From Candidatus Dojkabacteria bacterium (lineage in GTDB: Bacteria; Patescibacteriota; Dojkabacteria; J137), in NCBI GenBank assembly GCA_025999215.1, contig AP024679.1, positions 165,645 to 229,644 of the forward strand: DNA of 64,000 nt, in the 5' to 3' direction. This document shows, piece after piece, positions 1-9,771 of the stretch (position 1 is the stretch's first letter; each line of letters opens with the position of its first letter). The position numbers were made by a program, and so were the translations under genes. The notes under the pieces were generated by a model that made no database searches, was not told the origin of the DNA, and was given only the letters and a program-made list of their open reading frames with translations.

Positions 1-855
1 ACTCATAAGTTAATTGGCATTCCTTTCTTTTTTGCTTCTTTTCATGCGCTAAATGCATATAGCGACGTTAAAAACTTTCTCCCTTTGTTCATTTGGATTT
101 TTATAGTTACAACTGCTGGAATACTGGCATATGTTTACAAAACTTTCCTTTATAACTATTTTGGTCCTAGGTATCTGTATGAAGTAATCCGAGTTAAAAA
201 TTTTGGAGATCTCGGAGAATTATACCTAAAACCAGTAAAAAACAGAATGAATTTTGAACCTGGACAATTTGCTTTCTTATCATTTATTGATAATCCAATC
301 ATCCCTAAAGAACATCATCCATTTTCTATTTCATCTTCACCTTACTCTGATGTATTGAGATTTTCTTATAAAGAGCTCGGGGACTACTCCAGTGCACTAA
401 AACACGCAAAAGTTGGAGATAAAGTTTATATTTATGGCCCCTATGGTGAATTTACTTCTTACAATTTTAGCGAATATAAAAAACAGCTTTGGATTGCTGG
501 TGGTATTGGGGTTACACCTTTTTTGAGCATGTTATCATATGAAATTAAAAATGATGACCCTAAAAAAATTGTTTTTTACTACAGCACAAAAAGAGAAGAT
601 GAATGTATTTACTATGAGGAGATAAGTAATTTATGTAAAAGTGCAGATGATAAAATAAAATTTATTAATCACTGCTCAGATCTTGAAGGATATTTAAATT
701 ATGAAAGAATTTTGAACGATGTGCAAGATAATTTAAAAGATTATTTGATTTTAATTTGTGGACCTGATGCAATGAAAAAAAGCTTAACAAAAATTTTAAA
801 CAAAAATGGAATTAAAAAGAACCAAATTGTTTTTGAAGAATTTAATTTTGTATAA
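1..855 (+). CDS. ferric-reductase-like FAD/NAD(P)-binding oxidoreductase domain protein (5' partial; frame open to window start)
   Basis: The reading frame is open from nt 1, and the upstream residues are hydrophobic like a TM segment. An HPFSI motif (FRE/NOX-type FAD-binding HPFT/S) plus GPYG and GGIGVTP motifs match the NAD-binding region of ferric-reductase/NOX-type flavoproteins. Confidence 0.55.
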   Translation, partial: THKLIGIPFFFASFHALNAYSDVKNFLPLFIWIFIVTTAGILAYVYKTFLYNYFGPRYLYEVIRVKNFGDLGELYLKPVKNRMNFEPGQFAFLSFIDNPIIPKEHHPFSISSSPYSDVLRFSYKELGDYSSALKHAKVGDKVYIYGPYGEFTSYNFSEYKKQLWIAGGIGVTPFLSMLSYEIKNDDPKKIVFYYSTKREDECIYYEEISNLCKSADDKIKFINHCSDLEGYLNYERILNDVQDNLKDYLILICGPDAMKKSLTKILNKNGIKKNQIVFEEFNFV

Positions 856-860
856 AAACG

Positions 861-2000
861 TTGAACACTATAAATCTTTCACCATCACAAAAGAATACTA
901 TTAAAGATTTAATAATTTGGTACAACAACCCATCTAGCTACATTACTCTTGGTGGTTATGCTGGGACGGGCAAAACCACCGTTATCTCTATTTTTAGCAA
1001 AATTTTGAAAGAAAAGCTTAAAACCAAAATAGCTTTTTGCAGTTTTACAGGAAAAGCAACTCAGGTCCTTATCGATAGTTTAAAGAAAAACTTTGAGTTA
1101 ACAAGTGATGACCGTGTTTCAACAATCCATTCTCTAATTTATGAACCTGTGGTTGATGATCAAAAAGAGATAGTAGGGTGGACGAGGAAGAAAAAAATTG
1201 ATTTTGATTTGATTATTTTGGACGAAGCTTCTATGATCAACAAAAGAATTTGGCAAGATCTTTTATCATTTAAAATTCCAATAATTGCCGTAGGTGATCA
1301 TGGGCAACTTCCTCCTATCGGAGAAAATTTCAATTTGCTTGAAAAACCGGATCTTAGACTTGAAGAAGTTCACAGGCAGGCACAAAATAACCCCATTATA
1401 AAACTCTCAATGATGTTAAGAGCTGGGAAAGAAATTCCTGTTGGAAAGTATAGCGACAAGGTAAAAAAAATTTCCAGCAATTCAATTGATTTTTATGACG
1501 AGATGGAAAGAGCACTTAGTCATAATTTAAACGAAAAATTAATATTGTGTGGATATAACAACACAAGAATAAAAATTAATCAAGAAATAAGGGCTCGACT
1601 AGAAAAATATGGACCGCCTCAACCAGGTGATAGAGTAATTTGTTTAAAAAATAATCATAAAAAAAATATTGCGAATGGAATGTTAGGGAAAATAATTAAA
1701 ATTAATGATGATAGTGAAGACTTATTTCAAGCGCAAATTCAAATGGATAATGGAATTTTGTTTGAAGGCTTAGTTTCTAAAAGAAGTTTTAATTCTACTG
1801 AAAATATAATTGTAAAACAACGAGATGTTGATTATTTTGACTTTGGTTACGCTCTAACCACTCATAAAGCTCAAGGTTCTCAAGCCAAAAGTGTTGTTGT
1901 ATTTGAAGAAAGGTTCAAGAATATGGATGATGAAACTTGGTTTAGATGGCTATACACTGCTATTACAAGAGCAGAAGAAGAACTTTTAATTATTTGCTAA
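861..2000 (+). CDS. RecD/PIF1-like ATP-dependent DNA helicase (AAA_30 + UvrD_C_2 architecture)
   Basis: Walker A GYAGTGKTT and Walker B DEASMI are present, with a C-terminal HKAQGSQ...VVV...AITRAEEEL motif typical of RecD/TraA/PIF1 helicases. The start is TTG at 861. Confidence 0.7.
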   Translation: MNTINLSPSQKNTIKDLIIWYNNPSSYITLGGYAGTGKTTVISIFSKILKEKLKTKIAFCSFTGKATQVLIDSLKKNFELTSDDRVSTIHSLIYEPVVDDQKEIVGWTRKKKIDFDLIILDEASMINKRIWQDLLSFKIPIIAVGDHGQLPPIGENFNLLEKPDLRLEEVHRQAQNNPIIKLSMMLRAGKEIPVGKYSDKVKKISSNSIDFYDEMERALSHNLNEKLILCGYNNTRIKINQEIRARLEKYGPPQPGDRVICLKNNHKKNIANGMLGKIIKINDDSEDLFQAQIQMDNGILFEGLVSKRSFNSTENIIVKQRDVDYFDFGYALTTHKAQGSQAKSVVVFEERFKNMDDETWFRWLYTAITRAEEELLIIC

Positions 2001-2035
2001 TTTCAGCTCAAAATGTGTTAAAATCCTAATACAAA

Positions 2036-2152
2036 GTAGTTTTGCCGAACTTTCCTCGAGAAAAGAAGGCGCTGGGGAAGCAGGGTGAAAACCCCTCACT
2101 GTGCCGCAACTGTAATTCCTATGTTCAGGATAAGTCAGGATGCCAGCCTACT
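2036..2152 (+). ncRNA. cobalamin (AdoCbl) riboswitch, compact variant, in the 5' leader of the 2187..3626 CDS
   Basis: A GC-rich island lies in AT-rich DNA. GGGGAAGCAGGGTGAAAACCCCTCACTGTGCCGCAACTGTAA matches the conserved cobalamin core (GGGAAg..GGUGaaAauCC...CacUG.GCCGC.ACUGUaa). The downstream B12-box-like AAGTCAGGATGCCAGCC resembles AGUCAGGAgaCCuGCC. Confidence 0.65.
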
Positions 2153-2186
2153 TTTGAAATTTTAATTAAATCTACGAGCATAGATC

Positions 2187-3626
2187 ATGGAAAATTTTAA
2201 AAATTTTATAGTTTCCTCACCACCTGAAGTAAATGTTCAGAATAATCCAGAGCTTCCAATAGATAATAGTGTTTTTGATTACATTAGGTTTAATATTCCA
2301 AATATAGCACAAATGAACATACCCCTTTTTCTTGATGAGGCAATTGAAGTAGAGGAGGTAGCAAACGCAATTGGTATAGTAGATAATTATGTTACAGAAC
2401 AGATTGCTACATTACTTGCTGAAAACACAAACTGGATAGAATTTTTTGAAAATGAAAATATAAATCCAGAGTTAATTAACCCAAACTTATACATAAACTT
2501 ATTAGACTTAATTCGCAACTCTGGTCTTCAAAAAATTCGTTTTCAATGTGAATACCCTCCAAGCACATTAAATTTTTTGATACAAAGCTGTAGAAAGGCT
2601 TTAGAAGAAGGCGGAGAAAGAGAATGGGTAGAACTAAGAAATTTAGAAACAATAAAAAAACAATTCGATCAAATCAAGGAATCAAATTTACCTAATCAAG
2701 CAATCGTTGAAATAAGCCCACCAATTTATAAAGATCATAAAAAATACATGATTAGAATTTACACTTTTGATTCTCTTGAGAATAAAATTAAATTGGATAT
2801 ATATCATGTTCCATCAACTGAAATCGAAATACTAACGTTTTTGAACACATTAAATGTGGGGTCAAATGAAAAAATAGAAACATGTCAAGGAGTTCAAAGT
2901 TATCCGAACAGAGTATTATCAACTCTATACTTAGTCGATAAAAACAAATTTAACTTAGAAAATTTTATACCTTTTATCAATCAATATAGTTCTGAAATTA
3001 TTGATGTGCACGATCATATAGTAGATTATTTTATTTCAGAAATAATTGAGCGCCCTGAAATCAAAATGCTAAGAAGGCAATTAGCATTCACCGCATTAAG
3101 GCTAAGAAAAAGTGTAATTAATTCAGATAGAATTGAATATACAAAACTTTTTCAGCAATACCGTGAAATTTACAATAAGCTAATTACATTGTGCTTTGTA
3201 TTGACACCCAATCTAACTGTGGAAGGAAGAGAGGCAACACTTGAGGAAAGAAATCGAATCGCGCATAATGTAGCGATAGGAAATGTAACTAGTGAAAAAT
3301 ACAGCATACATGCTCCTGGTCCATGCACTACAATTTCGCTTGGTGGAAAACAAAGAAATGAAGTAAATACTTCTATAAAAACTTACTCAACTGTATTTGG
3401 AGAAGTTAAAATCGATCACGAAACAAATAAAATAACTTGTGTATGTGGAACAACATATTTATTAAATTTTGACTGTGAAGAGGATAAATTCATAAGCGCA
3501 TGTCCGAGTTGTGGTCTTTCTACAGAAAATATATACAAATCGTATAATCATGAAAAAAACCAAAATAATTCAAGTTTATTAGATTTACTTTTAGAAATGT
3601 TTGGCTTTAAGCCAATTGAACAATAA
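2187..3626 (+). CDS. hypothetical 479-aa protein with C-terminal Cys4 zinc ribbon (CxC...CPSCG); putative cobalamin-riboswitch-controlled gene
   Basis: A long clean ORF lies immediately 3' of the riboswitch. It has no signal peptide and matches no family I recognise. The C-terminus reads CVCGTTY...CPSCG. Confidence 0.5.
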   Translation: MENFKNFIVSSPPEVNVQNNPELPIDNSVFDYIRFNIPNIAQMNIPLFLDEAIEVEEVANAIGIVDNYVTEQIATLLAENTNWIEFFENENINPELINPNLYINLLDLIRNSGLQKIRFQCEYPPSTLNFLIQSCRKALEEGGEREWVELRNLETIKKQFDQIKESNLPNQAIVEISPPIYKDHKKYMIRIYTFDSLENKIKLDIYHVPSTEIEILTFLNTLNVGSNEKIETCQGVQSYPNRVLSTLYLVDKNKFNLENFIPFINQYSSEIIDVHDHIVDYFISEIIERPEIKMLRRQLAFTALRLRKSVINSDRIEYTKLFQQYREIYNKLITLCFVLTPNLTVEGREATLEERNRIAHNVAIGNVTSEKYSIHAPGPCTTISLGGKQRNEVNTSIKTYSTVFGEVKIDHETNKITCVCGTTYLLNFDCEEDKFISACPSCGLSTENIYKSYNHEKNQNNSSLLDLLLEMFGFKPIEQ

Positions 3627-3649
3627 TATTTAAAAATGTAAAATAAAAC

Positions 3650-4615
3650 ATGTTTGATTTTTTTATACTTTTTGGTGGTCTGTTATTAGTAATTGAAGGA
3701 GCTAATTTTTTGGTTAAGGGAGCAAGTTCTCTTGCTAAAAAATTTGGACTTTCAGATCTAGTGATTGGCTTGACGGTCGTTGCATTTGGCACTTCTCTTC
3801 CTGAAATGATGGTTAGTGTTTTGGCAGGAATTAATGGCAATTCTGATCTAGTTCTAGGAAATGTTATAGGGTCAAATATTTCTAATATACTTTTGATACT
3901 TGGTTTGACAGCTTTAGTCTCACCGCTACGAGTTGATTTAAGTACAGTAAAAAAACAATTTCCTTTTTTAATTTTTTCAAGTTTGGTGTTAGTAATTTTA
4001 ATGGCAGAAGAATTAATTGAAGGCACTCAAAACCCTTTTATATCGAGACTTGACGGTTTAATTTTATTATCTTTTTTCTTAATTTATATATACTATACTT
4101 TCCTAAACGCTTTCTTGGGGGGTGGCTTAGACACCCACGATGATTACGAAACTAAACCAGTTTTACAATCAGTTGGATGGGTAATTATGGGAGTAGTAGG
4201 GCTTTTTATTGGTGGAGAATTAAGTGTAGGTTCGGCAGAATCAATAGCTATAAAACTTAAAATTGATGAGGCGATAATAGGATTAACCGTTATTGCTGTT
4301 GGTACTTCGTTACCTGAGTTGGTAACAAGTGTGATATCGGCTTATCAAAAGAAAACTGATATTGCTATAGGAAATGTAGTTGGATCAAATATTTTTAATA
4401 CTTTTTGGATATTGGGAGTTAGTAGCCTGGTATCTCCTATAGCTATAGATACCAAACTATATTCAGACGCTATCGTAATGATTATTGCATCAATATTATT
4501 GTTTTTGTTTTTATTTACTTTCAAAAAACAAGTTATCACAAAGAAAGAAGGAGCTTTTTTATTCTCAATATTTCTACTTTACGTCATTTTTAATGTTGTT
4601 AGAGTGGTGGGTTGA
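3650..4615 (+). CDS. yrbG: Ca2+/Na+ antiporter, CaCA family (YrbG-like)
   Basis: Two internal alpha-repeats with GTSLPE motifs (GTSLPEMMVSV and GTSLPELVTSV). The protein is a polytopic membrane protein of about 320 aa. Confidence 0.85.
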   Translation: MFDFFILFGGLLLVIEGANFLVKGASSLAKKFGLSDLVIGLTVVAFGTSLPEMMVSVLAGINGNSDLVLGNVIGSNISNILLILGLTALVSPLRVDLSTVKKQFPFLIFSSLVLVILMAEELIEGTQNPFISRLDGLILLSFFLIYIYYTFLNAFLGGGLDTHDDYETKPVLQSVGWVIMGVVGLFIGGELSVGSAESIAIKLKIDEAIIGLTVIAVGTSLPELVTSVISAYQKKTDIAIGNVVGSNIFNTFWILGVSSLVSPIAIDTKLYSDAIVMIIASILLFLFLFTFKKQVITKKEGAFLFSIFLLYVIFNVVRVVG

Positions 4616-4670
4616 ATCTTAAATAAAAATATGGTAGAATGGGGCAACATTATTTATTACAAAATTTTAT

Positions 4671-5210
4671 ATGCCAAATCGAAATTTTGAACCTAGACCG
4701 AATAAAGATCTTAAGCAACCTGATTTACCAAATACTGATCAGCAAAAATTAAAGGGTGTTATTGATATAATAGAAAACTCAATTCAACAGCATATTAGTT
4801 CTTTTAACAGCAGGCTGGATTCTATAGAAATAGAAGAAGCTGAAGAGTTTGAATTTGAAGAAGGGGAAGAACTTCTTTATGATATAAAAAAAATTGAAAA
4901 TTTAAGGGATACATTATTAGATATTCTTGAAAATGATTTTGGAAAAAATATTATTATTAATGATATTAATAGTTTGTTTGTTGTTTTAAATAATCTTAAG
5001 TTATCTGGATCGATTCATTCAATAATGTCTATTTTAGAGCACCTGTATAAAATATTCGTTCAAAATGAGAAAAGACCATTGTCTATGTTTATTAAACCCG
5101 ATAAAATCTTAAATAGATTTGAGAGAAGCGAAAGACCCGACCAAACTAGAGTAGTTTGGTCTCTAAAGGTTGATTGGAAAAAAGGTATATACACTGTAAA
5201 CGAACAATAA
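4671..5210 (+). CDS. hypothetical protein (acidic, no recognised domain)
   Basis: The ORF fills the gap between flanking genes and shows normal codon usage. Confidence 0.4.
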   Translation: MPNRNFEPRPNKDLKQPDLPNTDQQKLKGVIDIIENSIQQHISSFNSRLDSIEIEEAEEFEFEEGEELLYDIKKIENLRDTLLDILENDFGKNIIINDINSLFVVLNNLKLSGSIHSIMSILEHLYKIFVQNEKRPLSMFIKPDKILNRFERSERPDQTRVVWSLKVDWKKGIYTVNEQ

Positions 5211-5211
5211 A

Positions 5212-7647
5212 TTAATTGTCTATTTTTAGTTTTAGGAGGGTTACTAAAAGAAGTATAGTCAAGGAAAAAGAGATGATTGTGAGGGCAGATTTCCAATAAA
5301 CTCTTTGCCCGGTTCCACCCAACTCTGGAGAAGAAACTGGCCCGCTAGAACCCTCAGTTTCACCTCCTCCTGATGTTACAACCTCAACATCAAAGACTTC
5401 CAAAATCACATCTCCGTTCAAATAATCGTAATTTATTCTAAAAACTACATTGTCAACTGAAATTAAAGCATTATCTGGCAAACCATCAAATTCTCCAATC
5501 AATGTATCAGAATCAATTATCAAAAATTCATCACCAATGTTTGGAGTATATCCGAGAACAATATCTAAAGTTGCGTTACCTAAGTCTACACTTTGAGCGT
5601 TTAATCTATCATACAAGGTGCAAGGCGTATCACCATCAATCTCTACCTCAAAAACAGATCCTGCTGTCATTGTAAAATTTGTTATATTAATACAACCAGG
5701 AGAAGATCCTGGGTTTACAGTTGATCCGGTGCCTGCAATAACAACATTTATACTACCCGTACCAAGTAACTTAGCCCCTGAACCTAAGCTCACAGCACCC
5801 AAGAAATTACTATCAAAAATTAATGTTCCTCCAATGTTATTAATACTGACTACTGAATCAATCAATGCATTGAGCAAGCGCCATTGACCTGAAAGAATTT
5901 CTATAGTCCCATCATAATCTAAAATACCACTAAATGTACCATTAGGATTAGAAAGTCGTAGGATATCAAAACTATCAAACTCAAAAGTACCTGATCCATA
6001 AATTCCTCTAATAGTTTCGTTTAGACCAGCGAAATAAATACCGCTATTATCGCTCAAAATTATCTCTGTACTATCAGAAACATTACCTTCTCCTGATCCA
6101 GTTCCATAAAAATCTATATACTGATTTTCCGAAACCATAATTCGATTAGCCTTAATAAATCCGTCATCTTGAAACTCAAGCGGTAAATTTAAAATAATAT
6201 CTCCAGCGACGTCAAAGTTACACTGTGTTCCACAAACCAAATTTGATGCAGGGCCATTTAGTATCAAATTACTATTTGAAGTAATACTTGAAGATATAGT
6301 GAATGAACCTAAAAATAAATCTGAACTACCAAAACCTATAGAAGCATCTGATGTGAAAGTATAGCTTCCTGATATAATCAAGTTGCTAGAAAACTTAACA
6401 ACCTCACCTCCGGGCACTGCGCTTGAAATATAAAAATTTTCTTCTATCAAAGGAGTTGTCCCACCTCTTCCACCACCTCCTAACTCTCCTTTCAAAACTA
6501 TAGAAGAATTTCCATTTACATATGTACCTCCTAAATTAGAACCTAATGCATTTTGGTGATTGGTTTGTAAAAACGCGCTATCATTTAGATAGATGTCTCC
6601 ATCAAAAGCAATTGCATTCAAAATTTCAACATCCAGGTTGCCACCTAAAATTAATTTCGAGTCCTGTAACCCAACAATATCATTATTAAACCTGATAAAG
6701 TTGTAACCCGATTGGCCAACAAACTTGAGAGAGCTTTCAGCATCATCAATGTAAATACTATTATTTATGTTAACAATTGCACCATTAAGACTGACCACAG
6801 CATTTGTTCCTAAGCCCAAACCCAAATCATCTAAATACCAATCTCCGTTAAAAGTGAGATTAGTTGCACCTTTTAATATCATGAACACATCATTTTCCTC
6901 TGGAATGTTATTAAAGTTAAACTCTACAAAGTAATCAATTGTTAAATTCCCCTCAAACTCAAAAACACCATGATTAGCTCCACCTTCAAATGAAATTGCA
7001 TTACCCCCATCTCCAAAACAGTCAGAGTTTTTACATACAACCTTTCCTTCCAAATTCCTAAAATAGTAATTATCAATGTACAGATCACCAGAACCATTTA
7101 TTGTGAGAGTAGCGGCTCCTTCTTTAATTACTTCGAAAGCATTACCATATAAACCTCCATTAATGGTTAAATTTTGATTAATCTCAAGTCTAAAAGTAGA
7201 AGCTATATCATTAAAAACAATGCTATTGAGTGTTGATTGACTATTTACAATTATTGAAGGAGCTGAACTAAAAGCTGAATCAAGCTCAATATCGGCACCC
7301 GAGCCGAAATTGACATTGCCTGATATTTCCAATGTAGAAGCAATTAAATTTGATGTTCCAGCAGAAAATTGATAATTATCTCCTGTTATTTGAACAGAAT
7401 TTAAATTCGGTAGAGAATTAAGTGTGATATTTTTATTCGTCGCAACTTCAGGAAAAATTAAACTGTCACCTATTTCTGGCATTCCTCCATTGTCACATCC
7501 TGTCCAATTGCTAGCATCAGATGTATCTCCAGAAACAGCACCAGTCCATGTACAAGTATCAGTAGCAGCAGAGACCCCAGAATGTATAAAAAGAAAAAGC
7601 AAGATAGAAAAAGCAAAAATTGAACCTATTTTTATCAATTGCTTCAT
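5212..7647 (-). CDS. large secreted Gly/Asn/Ser-rich repeat (beta-helix/adhesin-like) surface protein with a C-terminal hydrophobic anchor
   Basis: An N-terminal signal peptide (MKQLIKIGSIFAFSILLFLFIHSGVSA) precedes about 700 aa of degenerate G/N/S/T-rich repeats. The C-terminus reads SSPELGGTGQRVYWKSALTIISFSLTILLLVTLLKLKIDN, a TM helix plus a short basic tail, resembling a sorting/anchor signal. Confidence 0.6.
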   Translation of the reverse strand: MKQLIKIGSIFAFSILLFLFIHSGVSAATDTCTWTGAVSGDTSDASNWTGCDNGGMPEIGDSLIFPEVATNKNITLNSLPNLNSVQITGDNYQFSAGTSNLIASTLEISGNVNFGSGADIELDSAFSSAPSIIVNSQSTLNSIVFNDIASTFRLEINQNLTINGGLYGNAFEVIKEGAATLTINGSGDLYIDNYYFRNLEGKVVCKNSDCFGDGGNAISFEGGANHGVFEFEGNLTIDYFVEFNFNNIPEENDVFMILKGATNLTFNGDWYLDDLGLGLGTNAVVSLNGAIVNINNSIYIDDAESSLKFVGQSGYNFIRFNNDIVGLQDSKLILGGNLDVEILNAIAFDGDIYLNDSAFLQTNHQNALGSNLGGTYVNGNSSIVLKGELGGGGRGGTTPLIEENFYISSAVPGGEVVKFSSNLIISGSYTFTSDASIGFGSSDLFLGSFTISSSITSNSNLILNGPASNLVCGTQCNFDVAGDIILNLPLEFQDDGFIKANRIMVSENQYIDFYGTGSGEGNVSDSTEIILSDNSGIYFAGLNETIRGIYGSGTFEFDSFDILRLSNPNGTFSGILDYDGTIEILSGQWRLLNALIDSVVSINNIGGTLIFDSNFLGAVSLGSGAKLLGTGSINVVIAGTGSTVNPGSSPGCINITNFTMTAGSVFEVEIDGDTPCTLYDRLNAQSVDLGNATLDIVLGYTPNIGDEFLIIDSDTLIGEFDGLPDNALISVDNVVFRINYDYLNGDVILEVFDVEVVTSGGGETEGSSGPVSSPELGGTGQRVYWKSALTIISFSLTILLLVTLLKLKIDN

Positions 7648-7728
7648 ATTTTTAAAATAAATTAATCTAAACTATACTATGAAAAGATAAAGCTTGTGTC
7701 AAGAATTTTTGTTATAATTTTGCTACCT

Positions 7729-8583
7729 ATGACGTTTGATGAATTAACTAAAATTAACTATCTTTTCGATTCACATGCTCACATAAACGACTGTTCATTT
7801 GATGATGATAGAGAAGAGATAATTCAAAAAGCCTTCTCTAAAAATGTCAGATATATTTTCGATGTTGGAATTGATCTGAAGTCTTCACAAAAAGCTATAG
7901 AAATTTCCAAAAAATTTTACCCAAATGTTTTGGCTTTTGTTGGAATTGATCCCGAGGTATTTATTCCTGGTTCCTCTCTTTTTTCTAAAAGTTATGATGA
8001 AAAGTTTATAGATAAAGAAATTTTAAAACTTTACACTCTGTTTAAAGAAAATAAGAATTACATTGTTGGCATAGGAGAAACAGGTTTGGATTTTTATTGG
8101 TTAAATAAAAAGATGAGAGAGAAAGAAATAACCCAAAACGAAATTGAAATATCTATTAAACTTCAAAAGAGACTTTTTCAAAAAAATATTGATCTAGCAA
8201 AAGAATTTAATTTAGTTTTAACAGTACATTCTCGAGAAGCCGAAAAAGAAACTTTTGAAACGATTAAAAACAGTAAAGCTAGTGCCATTTTTCACTCATA
8301 TACTGGAGATTACAATATAGCTAAAAAAATTTTAGATATTGGTTGTGGTTTAGGTGTTAATGGCATAATTACCTTTAAAAACGCGACTAAGCTAAGAGAG
8401 GTTTACAAAAAAATCTTAGGTAAGGTTACTTATGACTGGGGTTATTGTGATTTTTACAAAAAGGGTGTATTTTTTGAAACAGACTGTCCTTTTTTATCAC
8501 CTTCTCCAAATCGTGGTTCAAAAAATTCCCCTGAAAATATCTCCTCAATATATGAATATTTTATTAATTTTTTATCAGAATAG
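7729..8583 (+). CDS. tatD: TatD-family metal-dependent hydrolase/DNase
   Basis: DSHAHI metal-binding motif near the N-terminus, plus GETGLDFYW and VHSREAEKE motifs. The ORF track starts at GTG 7696; ATG 7729 (MTFDEL...) is the more likely start. Confidence 0.8.
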   Translation: MTFDELTKINYLFDSHAHINDCSFDDDREEIIQKAFSKNVRYIFDVGIDLKSSQKAIEISKKFYPNVLAFVGIDPEVFIPGSSLFSKSYDEKFIDKEILKLYTLFKENKNYIVGIGETGLDFYWLNKKMREKEITQNEIEISIKLQKRLFQKNIDLAKEFNLVLTVHSREAEKETFETIKNSKASAIFHSYTGDYNIAKKILDIGCGLGVNGIITFKNATKLREVYKKILGKVTYDWGYCDFYKKGVFFETDCPFLSPSPNRGSKNSPENISSIYEYFINFLSE

Positions 8584-8598
8584 TGATAGAATTGAAAA

Positions 8599-9771
8599 AT
8601 GGAAAAATTAAAAATCGCATACATTATTCCAAGATTTCACCCGTTCAAAGGAGGAGCAGAACAAAACACCGAAGCTTTGGCTTTGCGAGCTTGTAAAGAT
8701 GGGCATTCGGTTACTGTTTTGACAACAAACGAACGCTTTAGAAACGAGAAACTACCTAAAATTGAAAATTACAAAGGAATTAAAATAATAAGGATGAATG
8801 CGTTTATCAAAGCGCCTCTCTATGCTGGATTTTATCCTGAATTGTTTTGGCATCTCAGAAAAAATAACTACGATATAATTCATTGCTCTGGAATTGGGTT
8901 TTTGTGGCGGGAAATATGTTTGAGATTAAACAAAAAGAAAAATACTCTGTACGTATGTACTCCTCACGGACCTTTCATGGCTCTAAACGATACTCAAGGA
9001 ATCAGAGGATTAGCAAAAAAATACTATACAAAAAAATTAAGAAAGTTTCTTAATAATCTTTATGATATTTTTGTTCAAGTAAATCCAAAACAAGAAAAAT
9101 GGATGAGTGAAGAATACAACATATCAAAAGAAAAAATTGTACTAATCCCAAACGGAATTGACAAAGAGTACATAGCTCCAAAAATTTACTCAGAAAAATT
9201 TAAAAGAAAACCAGTCATAACTTACATCGGCAGACTTGCCAACTACAAAGGCGTTCACTTTGTATTAGAAGCTTTATATAAAATTAAAAAATCTAAAGTT
9301 AAAGTTCCTCCATTTGAATTTTGGGTAATGGGTAGAAGTCAGGGAGATTACACCAGCTATTTACAGAACTTAATAAAAAAATTCTCTCTGGAAGATGAAG
9401 TTAAGTTAATATTTTCTCCAACTGATGAAAAAAGAGATGAGATTTTATTCAAACACTCTCATATTCACATACTACCTAGCAAGTGGGAAGCAACAGGAAT
9501 AGTTTTGCTTGAAGCAATGGCAAAGGGTAATGCGCTAATTTCTACAAAACAAAACGAAATGCATGATCTAATAATACAAGAGGGAGTTAATGGCTTTACT
9601 TATAATTACGATGATGTAAACAAACTGAAAAAAATACTAATTGAGCTATTAAATAACCCAAAACTTTGCATTGAAATGTCAGAAAAAAATCTTGAAAAGG
9701 TAAAAAATTTTACCTGGGAAGCAAGTTACGAACTCTACAAAAACCAAGTTATTTCAAAAGCAAAAATATGA
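8599..9771 (+). CDS. glycosyltransferase family 4 (GT-B, group 1)
   Basis: N-terminal IAYIIPRFHPFKGGAEQ and a C-terminal EATGIVLLEAMAKGNALIST sequence (E-x7-E region) are typical of GT4. Confidence 0.8.
   Translation: MEKLKIAYIIPRFHPFKGGAEQNTEALALRACKDGHSVTVLTTNERFRNEKLPKIENYKGIKIIRMNAFIKAPLYAGFYPELFWHLRKNNYDIIHCSGIGFLWREICLRLNKKKNTLYVCTPHGPFMALNDTQGIRGLAKKYYTKKLRKFLNNLYDIFVQVNPKQEKWMSEEYNISKEKIVLIPNGIDKEYIAPKIYSEKFKRKPVITYIGRLANYKGVHFVLEALYKIKKSKVKVPPFEFWVMGRSQGDYTSYLQNLIKKFSLEDEVKLIFSPTDEKRDEILFKHSHIHILPSKWEATGIVLLEAMAKGNALISTKQNEMHDLIIQEGVNGFTYNYDDVNKLKKILIELLNNPKLCIEMSEKNLEKVKNFTWEASYELYKNQVISKAKI

Noticed and set aside
3607-4026. A 139-aa minus-strand ORF overlapping the 5' end of the CaCA antiporter gene.
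   Set aside because: It lies fully inside a well-supported membrane-transporter gene on the other strand and is a typical shadow ORF.
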